The translations under genes and the position numbers were made by a program. The notes beneath the pieces were generated by a model. The model made no database searches. It was not told the origin of the DNA and saw only the letters and a program-made list of their open reading frames with translations. A stretch of 62,119 bases of DNA from Gracilinanus agilis. Its lineage: Eukaryota. Where the stretch lies: assembly GCF_016433145.1 (NCBI RefSeq), contig NC_058132.1, forward strand, positions 28,975,890-29,038,008, in the 5' to 3' direction. This document shows, piece by piece, positions 19,935 to 30,105 of this stretch; positions within the stretch are counted from its first letter, which is position 1, and every line of letters starts with the position of its first letter.

Positions 19935-19940
19935 AATAAA
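19935..19940 (+). terminator. AATAAA polyadenylation signal of ARHGAP33
   Basis: AATAAA 470 nt after the stop codon, followed by a GT-rich stretch. Confidence 0.75.
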
Positions 19941-20011
19941 AGTAAAAATGATCTGTGGATTGGCATGTGTTTGATCATAGTGAGAGACGGGAAGAAGCTG
20001 GCTGGGGAAGC

Positions 20012-20017
20012 TTTATT
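20012..20017 (-). terminator. AATAAA polyadenylation signal of the TEX14-like gene
   Basis: TTTATT on the + strand, ~50 nt downstream of the predicted stop at 20069-20071. Confidence 0.7.
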
Positions 20018-20068
20018 GGGTTTGGGGGTCAGAGAGCCGACACCGACTGGGTTCTGCATCTTCTACTC

Positions 20069-23000
20069 TCAGCTCCTTGGCTTGGGGGGCCCTGAGGGAC
20101 AGAACCAGAGATGCCACGGCTGAGCCACATTCCCCAGGCCTGCTCTTCAAGGCCTCAGGAACCCCCATGGGCCAGGGTTTGGGGAATGTTTGTTCATACA
20201 GGTCTTGTCTGTGCTCCCCCCCACCATCCCTCACCTCATCCCCCCACCTCACCCTGTAGTTCTGTGATGATCTCCTCTAGCAGGTCTAGCCTGGGGGAGG
20301 GGGGACAACATAAAAGGCTGGCGTCATGATGGAGACCCCTCAAGGAAACGGAAAATGCTTGGGGGCTGGAGAAGGGACTGCCAGCTACTTACTTCTGCAG
20401 GCTGGTGAAGGGGCCTTCCTTGGCCAGCTCAGGGACCAGCACCTGGCAGGGAAGGGACAAAGGCTGCGCTTCAAGTCCATATGACCTGTGCTACACGGAG
20501 ATGATTCCCAGCTGGGGCGCCAGGAGGGAGGACCCTGGCAAGGCGGCCCCCCCAGAGCTTGTGGGGCCTTCCAAGCCCCAGGAGGGCAGACACTGCCCCT
20601 TCTTTCTCTGCATCCCTAGATCCCACAGGGGAAGGCCCTCCAAGGTCCCCTCAGGCGGCCCCTTCATTTTGTTGTGGTCGGGGAGCGTAGGAGGGACCCG
20701 ACTCCATTCAGCGTCGAACACAGGCTGGATGTGTGTGCACTGCTCACCTTTAAGCCCCACCAATGCACATTCCTTCTTCCTAATCCCAAAACAACTGGTG
20801 CTCCTCATACTACCTATCTTTCAGGGCACTGACAACAGGAGGGAAGTGAGGAGGGCAGCCTCTTCATTCCTTTGTCCGAGGGAGGTGGGGCGGTCAGTCA
20901 ACTCTAGAAGCCTCCTCCCCAGGCCCAGAGCCTCCACACAAGCGCCAGCGCTGAGGGCTCCCTCTAAGGCCTCTGAGCTCTGCAGGCCACTCCAGGCCTA
21001 CAAGCCCTGGGAGGAAAGGAGCACGTAGGAAGTGGACCCCTTCTGATCACAGCCTCCTTGTCCCCGGCCCCCAGATCCCTACCTGGGTCCGACCCTCCTG
21101 TCTGTCCAGGTTTCGGGCCCGGGCTGCAAGGTCTATGCACTCCTGAAGACTGGGGCCACCTGGGGGCAAGGGGAAGGTCCTCAATCACTGAGGAGGAGGA
21201 AGGCCTTTGTCCTCGCTCCCCTCCTCACTTACTCTGGGGACAGGCGGACTGGGATGTCGGGGCCTCTGGGCTGTCTCCCAGCAGCTCCTGCAGGGTCCGG
21301 ATCCTGGCTGAGAACCTTCTCTCCAGCCTCTCCAGGGAGCCCTGGGCCTGGCCCAGCAGGCAGGCCGACTCTCTCAGACTGGTCAGCAGCGACGGCCTCT
21401 GACAAGAGCAGAGGGAGGGCCTGGGTCAATGGCCGGGCAGTGAGCAGGCAGCAGGAGAGGGCAGGAGGAAGGGCCAGGGCAGGCAGCCGGCCCTACTACC
21501 TCAGTGCAGGCGGCCTTCCTGCCCTCCGCTGACGACTCTTCGTCTGGCTGGGACGTGAGGCTCAGGCTGCTCCCTAGAGTCAGGCTGCTGCCCGAGTCCA
21601 AGGCTGGGGAGCTCCAGGTGTTCTCCCAGGCCCCGCTGCTCCCCGGGGACTTCAAGGCCTAGACGGGAAATGGAGGAACGCGGGGCCTCCTCTCTGCGCC
21701 CCCGGCCGCCCCCGCCCCGCCCTCGGTCTCCCTCCCACCAACAGCCCCATTACCTCGGATGGCTTGGGGTTGGGGACCGTCTTGGGGGACGGAGGCCTAG
21801 GTGTGCTAGTGACCTTGGGCTGCGCCTCCAACAGCGGCTCTGTGTGCGGGGGGCAAGGTAAATGGCGGCAGCCCGGCGGGGGGTCGCCCCCCCTGCCCAC
21901 GTGCCCCTCCTTACCAGGCGGCGGGGGGCTCTTTGGCTCCGAGGAGGGGCTCCCCAGAGAAGTTTCCTGGAGTGCCGACTCCTGGGGACGAGATGGCCTG
22001 TCAGCACCCGGCGGGTCCTGCCTGCCCCCCATTGCGCTTCATCCCCCAGTCCAGCGTCTACCTGAGCCAGCGCCACCCTCAGCTTGTAGCGGGCGTCCTG
22101 CAGGCTGCCCTTTCGGTCTCGAGCCCACAGCCCCAGGCCGGCCTTGACCAGAGACTGGTAGGCCGGGGGAACCCGGGCCTCCAGAGGCGGCCCCTCCCCA
22201 GACTCCAGCTTCGCCTTGACCTGCAGGCCTTCCTGTCCGGCCCAGGGAAGGTTTCCTGTGGCAGCACATTGAGGGGGGCAGGAACAGGAAGAAGAAAGCG
22301 CTCATCAGGGGTGCGGGGAGGTTGGGCAGGGGGAGACGCCCAGTTGGGGTGGCCGGAGACCCATCACTAACCAGTAAAGACCTCTTGGGCCAGGATGCAG
22401 AAGCTGTAGAAGTCGGACGTCAGGGTCGGGGCTTCGCCTCGAATCAGCTCCAGCGGTAACCAGGGGTACAGCTCGGAGGGTGGAGGCGGCCCCGGGCTGG
22501 GGCCTCCCCAAGGAAACGCTCTCTCTGGTCTGCGGAGCCAGAGGGAGGGGGTGAGCCGGCTGTGTGCAGGATGCTGGGGGTGGGGGACGGGCAGGGCAGA
22601 CGGGCCGGAGGTCACTCACTGGGGCCGGGGCAGGGCCCGCCCGTGTTCCAGGTGGCTGACTTTGACCAACCCCGGTCGGACCAGCTGGACTGCGTGGGAG
22701 CTGAGGCCGCCATGGGCCCGGGCCTGGCCTTGGAGGTAGAGCAGGGCCTCCAGCACCTGTAACAGCAGCTGCCCTGGGGAGAAGCCGGGGGGAATCCTGG
22801 GGCAGGAGGCGTCCTGGTGGGGAGAGAGGGCAGCGTCCAACTGCGGCCACCTCTCTGGAGTGGTCATGATGCTGGGCCGAGAGCTCACCCCACTATCTCC
22901 TCCAAGCCCGGGAGAAGGCAGGCCAGGCTCTCCTCCCGTCCCCCAGCCACAGCGCAGCCACGCCAGGCCCTGGCCAGGCTCTCCTCCCACTTCCCCGGTG

Positions 23001-25623
23001 CCGCAGGAGCCCCAAAGTGCGCCCCGACAGGAAGCTGCCTGATGGCCCGGCTCCTCGCTCCCCCTGCCCGCCCCCTCCGTGGCTCCAGGGAAGGCCCTGT
23101 GGAGCCGGGCACTACTCACCCCTGGGGGGTGTAGCACGAGGTGCAGGGAGCCCTCCTGGATGGGCTCAAACAGGAGGCACAGGCCAGAGAGGTCCGGGGA
23201 GGGGCTGAGGGCCATGAGCAGCAGCAGGTTGGGATGGTGAAGGAGGCTGTGGGAGGCAGGAGGACGCTGGGGCCGACTCCCAGGGGTCTGGGCCCTCCTC
23301 CCCGCCCCCTCCCCTGCTGGCCCCAGAACTCTCCGAGCACAGCGCCTGGCACAGCGCCTGGCACGCGGCGGCCCCACACGTTTAGGGACCAAACCCGAGC
23401 AGTACCTGCAGTGCTTCAGGTCGGACAAAAGCAGGTCTGGGAGCGCCGGGGCTGGGGGTGGCTTCAGTTTCCGCACGGTCACTGGGTGTCCCCTCCACAG
23501 GAGGCTTTGGGACACAAGAGCAAGATCAGGGGACAAGAGGCGGCCCAGGGAGGGGGGGGGCTGCAGAGGTACATGGCAGGGGGTGGGGGACCCTGCTGGG
23601 TTTAGGGGAGGATGGCCAGAAGGACGCTGCTCTGATGGGCCTTTCAGCTCTCTCACTTGACCATGATGGTGTGGGTGCCGCACTCATAGGTCCGATCAGG
23701 CTCCCCCTGTGCTGGCAGCAGCTCCTCAGGATCAACCAGGGGAACCCCAGATGTGAGCCCCAGAGGCCTCAGACTGCTCAGCTTGGGAGAAGGGGAGAAA
23801 CCCCATTCAGCTAGGCCCAGTTGGAGGCCCTTGGCCTCTCCCCTTCCTTCTCCTCTTCCATGAGTCGCTCCTACTTACCTGGCCAAACCCCAGTCCTGGG
23901 ACCTGGGGAGACCTCTGGACTTGCTGGGGCCACAGTGACCTGGGGGTGGGAGGGAGGTCAGCACCCAGCAGGTGCTCTTTCCCCCAGGGATAATGGGAGA
24001 AGGGTCCAGGCAGGGCAGGTGAAGGAATAAGCAGCATCAGCTATTACCCTTCAGCCTGAGGCAGGAGCTGGGAAGGCAGGGTCAGGTGGAGGCTTCCCAG
24101 GGATCCAGCCCGGAACCCCCACAGCTCCCCCAAGGACGAAGCCAGTGCAGTCTCACCCCCCTGGGCCAGCAGGGCCATTCTGGCTCGGCATTCTCGAAGC
24201 AGCTCCAAGACCTAGAGGGTGCGGCATGGGACAGGTAGGGCCAAAGAGGCATGTTCAGTGGCGCCAAGCCTTATGGGACTGGCAGCTTTCAGGTATCAAA
24301 GGGGACGTTGGGGGCTGACCCAGGATTTCATGGGGACGGGGCCTCCTAGTGTGGAAACACCTGCTCCCTGCTCTGAATTCTTGGTCTTGAGAGTTGCTTC
24401 TGAGAGGTTCTTCCCGAGTCCCACCCAGCAAAAGGCAGCCTAGGCTGGCCTGGCCTAGACAGAGCCAGGGCCCACTTCTGCCTCGTCCTGGCAGCTCAGG
24501 GATCACTTCTACAAGCAGAAATGGCAGAAAGATGCTGCCTTTGGAACGGTGGAGAGCATGTCCTCATCCTGGAGGTCCCCGATACTCATGAAATCTCGGG
24601 TGTCGTCTGTCCCCATCCCCCATGAGATTGGACCTGGACCCCATCTTCCTGTCTCTGTGGCCAGCTCTAACTGCTATTCTGAGTCATTTTGTCTTCAAAT
24701 GGAATTTATTAGTATTAAATCAGATATATCCAGAGTCCCACCCCATCCCCATCTTTTGTCAGACCCTGCCCTAATGCCACACACACACACACACACACAC
24801 TCACTTCCCAGCTCTCTGCTCCAGCCTGCTGGGCCCAGTCCTCTGCTGTCCAGCCCTGCTGGTCATGCAGTCTCAGGTCTCCTCCAGCCTCCAGCAGCCA
24901 GAGCATGACCTGGCAGTGGCCAGAGAAAGCTCCTGCATGGACTGGGGTACTTCCATCCAAGCATCGGCTGTGGGGAAGAGACAAAGAGAGGGACACTGAG
25001 GCACTGGGGGAGAGACCAACGGGAAGGTAAGGAACTGGAAGAGAGGGGAGCTGGAGATGAAGGGAGCCAGATGACACCCTTGGAGGGGGGCATCACAGAA
25101 GAGCTTGGCTTTGGGGCTGAGGAACTCACTGGTTGGGGTCTGCTCCAAAGCGGAGAAGAAGTTTGACAAAAGCTGCCCGGCCCAGCAATGCTGACAGGAA
25201 GAGGCTGGTCTGACCCGATGAGTTTTCTCCATCCACCTGTACCCCTGGGGGGCAAAGGAGGAGGGGAAAGAAGGGGCAGGAAGCCTCTGGATGGGCATGC
25301 TGGCACTTTCCACGGCACTGCCCACCCAAAAGATTCTCTCCATGTCTGATCAACAAGTAACTTCTGTGGATCCCATGCCCACATCTCCCTCTGCCAACAA
25401 ATCCCCCTAAACTCCATGACCAGTCTGTATGCCCTTCCCCAGCCCCCCCCCCCCCACTGCATATCCATGCTGGGCACCTCCAAGAGTCACCTTTTTTGAG
25501 CAGTCGGGCCAGCCGCCAGCAGGGTCCCCCAGCAATGGCCAGTCGGTGTAGCTGGGCCAGGGGGCTATCCTGCTCACTCAAGGAACCCAGCTTGATAGGG
25601 CACTGAGGGGGGAGGGTGGGCAT
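20069..25623 (-). CDS. TEX14-like protein: N-terminal ankyrin repeats, pseudokinase domain, low-complexity/coiled-coil tail (~742 aa)
   Basis: Coding exons (high to low): 25623-25491, 25244-25130, 24967-24805, 24211-24048, 23939-23879, 23781-23657, 23504-23406, 23246-23120, 22813-22620, 22559-22372, 22255-22062, 21981-21915, 21839-21754, 21658-21500, 21398-21233, 21159-21083, 20442-20393, 20290-20253, 20091-20069. All are GT-AG, phases are consistent and the total is 2229 nt with no internal stop. CPIKLGSL..AQLH, GQTSLFLSALLG, HRCLDGSTPVHAGAFSG and LLEAGGDLRLHD closely match TEX14 as recalled. The last ~6 exons are less certain. Confidence 0.88.
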
Positions 25624-25929
25624 GAGGGGGGCTGCCCACTGGTCAGCCAAGGGCCAGGCTGGGGACAGGGGGGAGGGCCTGAGAGGGGCAGGGCAGAAGC
25701 CCCATGGGGATGGCCGGTCAGCAGAGGGCTGGGGGGGAAGCACTAAGAGGGAGAATAAGGGAGGGGGCTGCGGGCATGAAGGGGCTCTGGGGAAGGGCAG
25801 CGGGGTTACAGGGTTGATTGGGGGAGATGGGATGGTCTACGGGATTAGAAGAGGGGGGTGTGGAGGAGGAGGGGAGGAGGAACTAAGGGAGGAGCAAGGA
25901 AGGGGGACAGGCGTGAGGGGGGGATTTGG

Positions 25930-26270
25930 GGGAGCAGCCTCGAACAGAGACCGTTTGGTAGGCGCCCCGACCCGAGTTTGGATACCCGGCTCGTTGGCAA
26001 GGGCTGTGGGCGGGAGAAGGAGGAGCGCATGCGCACGAGACCCGGCGCCTACACCTCAACCTCCCCTCCCCTCCCCTCCCCCACCGCGCTGTTCTGCTTT
26101 ACGGCACCTGCGCAGTCCGAGCGGCTCCTGGGCCTGAAAGCGGGAAAACGTCAGGGGTGCGAGAGCGCCGGGAGCGGTTGGGAACCGTTAGTGACGTCAG
26201 AGGCGCCAGGGCCACGGCGGACTGAGGGAGGCTGAAACCCGGAACGGTGAAGAGAGTTCCCCCGCCGATT
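25930..26270 (-). promoter_or_regulatory. CpG-island promoter of the TEX14-like gene with NRF1, E2F/E2F6, MYB and CRE motifs
   Basis: GGCGGGA 26009-26015; GCGCATGCGC 26025-26034; TTTCCCGC (minus strand) 26140-26147; MYB-like CAACCG (minus) 26175-26180 and TAACGGTT (minus) 26183-26190; TGACGTCA 26192-26199. Confidence 0.65.
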
Positions 26271-29200
26271 GAGGGGCTCTGCTTGGAGACCTGAGGGACC
26301 TCCTCCCTGCCCCCCAGACTGAAAGAAAAGCCTGAGACCTCCCCCAGCCCTCTAGAGACTGGCGGGACCCCCTCCCCACTTAGAGACTGAGGGACTCCCT
26401 CGATCCCCAGAGATTGAGACTTACTGTACCCCCCACCCCTAGAGACTGGAGGGACACCCCCCTCACACCCTCCGGAGCCCGAGACTTCCTCCGCCACCCC
26501 CTACAGGGGCTGAGGAACTTCCCTCCCTGAGTAACCTTCACCCCCATCCGAGACTAAGACTGAAGGAACCCCGTCATCACGGCCTTAGAGACTGAGACTT
26601 CCCTAACCCCCCAGACACTAGAAAAAGGCGGACCCCTCTCCACTCTCAGAGATTGAGGGGAACCCCCTACCTCCCCAGAGTCTGACTCCCTCCAAAGACC
26701 CAGATCTCCCTCACTTTCCGGAGCCTGAAGGGGGACCCCCCTCACCTCCCTTAGAGGCCCAGAGATCTCTTATATCCTCCTTAGAAACTAAGAGATCTTC
26801 CTCACTCCCCTACCCCTTATAGACTGAAGAGACGGAGACCTCCATCAGACCTCAGACGGAAAGAGCCCTCTCCTCTAGAGACCTCCCTCACACTCCTAGA
26901 GAGTGACTGACCCTCCCCACCCCACCCTCTTAGAGCTTGAGAGACTCCTTCACCCCAAAGCTAAGGGAAGACTGAGGGACTCCCCTTTATCGAGACCAAA
27001 GGATCACTCTCTTAACTCATTCCTCCAGAAACTAAAGGATTCCTCTCACACCCTGAGCTTAAGGGACCTTTTCTCACCTAACCTAGAGACTGAGGGTTCT
27101 CCCACAAACTAAGGTACCTCTTTCACCTGCTCCCCCAGAGACTGAAGGACTTCCCATAGAACACAAAATGAGGATCTCCCATAAATTTCACCAACTGAAG
27201 GACTCCCCTAGATACTGAGAGACCTTTCTCAACCTACCCCTCAGACTGAGGGACACCTCTCCATTATAGAAAATAAGAACCCCTCCCTCACCCTTCTTAG
27301 AAACTGAAGGACCCCCCCAAGGACCCTCCTTATCCAACACCTCCCAGACTGAAACCCCTCAGATCTCACAGACTAAATGGCCTCCCCTCATCCCCTCTAG
27401 ACTACTGAGGAACCCCCACAGACCTCAAAGACTAAAGGATCTCCCCTCATCCCCTCTAGAGACTAAAGGACTCTTCTTACCTTAGGCCAGTGGTTCCCAA
27501 ACTTTTTTGGCCTACCGCCCCCTTTCCAGAAAAAATATTACTTAGCCCCCTGGAAATTAATTTTTTAAATTTTAATAGCAATTGGAAAGATCAATGCACC
27601 TGTGGCCATCACCGCTGTCCTGGATCGCTGCAGCACCCACCAGGGGGCGGTGGCGCCCACTTTGGGAATCACTACCTTAGGCCATAAACTGAGGAACTCT
27701 CCTCAACTGCCCTCCCCACTCCCAGAATACAGAACTCCACCTCAAAGACTGAGGGACACCCCAAACACAGACTTCAAAGACTGAGGGGCCCTTTCAGCCT
27801 ATCTCACAGACTACCTCTCACCTCAATCTTGGAGTCCAAAAGACTCCTCTAGCCTATAGACTGAGGGGCTCCCCTCACCCCAGAATCTTAAGGGACATTC
27901 CTCACAGGCTGTAGGATCCCTCCACAGCTCCACAGATTTGAGAGATCCCCTTTACCCTACCTTACAAACCAAGAGACCCTCCTTATTTTCCCTCACAGAA
28001 TAAGGGACTTCCTCACTTTACCTCAGAGACTGAAGTACCCTCCACATCCTGCCTCACAGACCAAAGGAACCCCCTCCACCCTAGCAACTGAAGGGCAAAA
28101 CTTGGGGACTAGACTAAGGGACTCTACCTCAGTCTGCCTAAGAGTAAGGGATTCTCTTCATGTATTCATCCCAACTTATACTGAGGATCTTCCTACCCCA
28201 CTACAAAGACTGAAAGGCCCCCCCACAGAAAAGGGACCCCTCTACTGTAGAGTTTGAGAGACCCCTACAGACTGAGGGAGCCCTTCACCCTACTTTATAT
28301 ACTGTGAGGCCTCTCACATCATCCCAGACTGAAGAATTCTCCACAACTCCCCAAAGAACAAAGGGTTCTCCATAGACTGAAAGATCTTCCACCTTACTCC
28401 AGACCCTTTCTCAGACCCCAAAGACAGAGACCTTCAAACTCCATAGCTCTTAGACCCCATTTCAGAGACCAACAGACATTACGGACTTAGGAACCACCCT
28501 TACACAATCTAAAAACCAAGGGATCCTCTTCACACCTCCAGAGACCAAAGTATCTTCCCAGACCTAACACTGAGGAACCCCCACCCAGATTCCACAGATC
28601 TCACAAACTTAAGAACTCTTTCCCCCAGATATGAATCTACTAGAAACCATAGAACCTTCTCAGATCATCTATACTGTGGGACCCCCCCCATCCTCTAGAG
28701 ATTCCACAAAGTGAAGGATTCTCTTCATCCCACCCCAAGATTTCGTAGATCAAGGAATAAGCACTTTCTACCCTCCCAGAGACCCATTAGTCTGAGGACT
28801 TTGAAAAAGACTTTGTAAAACAAAGGACCCCCTTCAAGACTCCACAGATTGGGGCTCCCTTAAAACAACTCTCCTTTAGCTTCTTCAGAGACCCCATAGC
28901 TCAAGGGATTCTACCTCAGCAACTCAAGACTCCACAGGGCCCCCTTTCCTTCTCCCAAGATCTCATAGACCCAGGGATCCTTCCCAGCCTCTCCTTCAGG
29001 CCTATAGTCTGAGGGACCCATACCCATACATACCCCCCGGAGAGAACCAGGCCACAGATCAAGGGATACCAACTCAGCCTCCCCCATCAGGGACTCCAAC
29101 AGAGGTACCCATCTGCCTAGAGAATCTTTGGGATTCCCTTTAGCCTCTCCCCAAAGATTTCAGAATTTGAGGGGTATCTTCCAAAGACCCAACAGAGGGA

Positions 29201-29760
29201 TCCCAATGAGTATCTCTATAGAGGGATCCCTCAGCCTTCCACCAGTCAAACTTCACAAAAGGGCCCTCCCCTCGGCTTCTCTTCAATCAGATACCTCTTA
29301 AGGAAAACAGCTCTTTCAGTAATTAGCTCCCCAGTCAATTCTCAGAGGGGCTCAGAGATGAAAATGTTCCCCTATTTCCTACCCCTCATTAAAGTTTCCT
29401 TCTGAAATACCTCATACCCTCAGGCACTAAGACCAAGGTATTCTCTTACTTGCTGCTTCCCAATTAAAAACCCGCTCAATAGGTGCCTTTCCCTTCAGGC
29501 TCTCCTTAGCAAGAGACCCCAAAGTAGGACTCTAGGCGTCTTACTCTTAGAGCCCCAATCCATAAGCACCCCACAGAAGGACTCAAAGGCCAAAAGAGTC
29601 TTGCCTCTGTTTGCTCTGCACTCAGAGGCCCTATAGAGGAGCTTAAAATCCAAGACAAGCTTCCCTCAGCCTTGTAGCCCAGCCCTCCCCAGATGACCTA
29701 ACAGGTCTTGGATACCAAGGCACCTTCTCATCCTCTGCTCCCATTTCAGAGACCTCCCAG
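26260..29760. repeat. Degenerate minisatellite built on an AGACTGA(G/A)GGA(C)CCCC motif
   Basis: The motif recurs dozens of times at irregular 20-50 nt spacing. C-rich on the + strand; no long ORF. Confidence 0.7.
27488..27674. mobile_element. hAT (Charlie-type) MITE, 187 bp
   Basis: TIRs CAGTGGTTCCCAAA ... TTTGGGAATCACTA with a perfect 8-bp TSD CCTTAGGC (27480-27487 and 27675-27682). Confidence 0.9.
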
Positions 29761-30041
29761 GACAAAGTGGCTTAGGGAGTGGGGCACCTTCCCCTCAATG
29801 AACTCCTTTCAGCCCCGTGAGAAACCTAGGCATCCTCCCTCCCAATTCAGGGTCTCCACAGAGTGTCTCGGCCTGAATCCTCCTGGGCGAGTTGGTCCAA
29901 TCCCTTCATTTTGCGGATGAAAGGACTGAAGCCCAGAAACTCATAGTTGCTTGCCCAGTAGTCAAAGGATCTAACAGGAAACTGCAATTCCTAGGCTCAA
30001 GTGCAAATAGCACAGATAGATGTGGTTTTTTCTTCAAGACC

Positions 30042-30047
30042 TTTAAT
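30042..30047 (-). terminator. ATTAAA polyadenylation signal of PRODH2
   Basis: TTTAAT on the + strand, ~60 nt after the PRODH2 stop. Confidence 0.55.
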
Positions 30048-30105
30048 GTCAGCTATCAGGGTGGGGAGAGGGGAAGCCAGAAACGAGGCGGGAACATGTG
30101 ACGTC

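Noticed and set aside
20635-20665. GPPEGTL in ORF 20491-20808 as a possible CEP55-binding motif
   Set aside because: It has Leu, not Tyr, at position 7, and I could not splice this ORF in frame with the TEX14-like gene.
25643-25705. 20-aa uORF before the TEX14-like ATG
   Set aside because: A strong acceptor at exon start 25658 would place its ATG in the intron.
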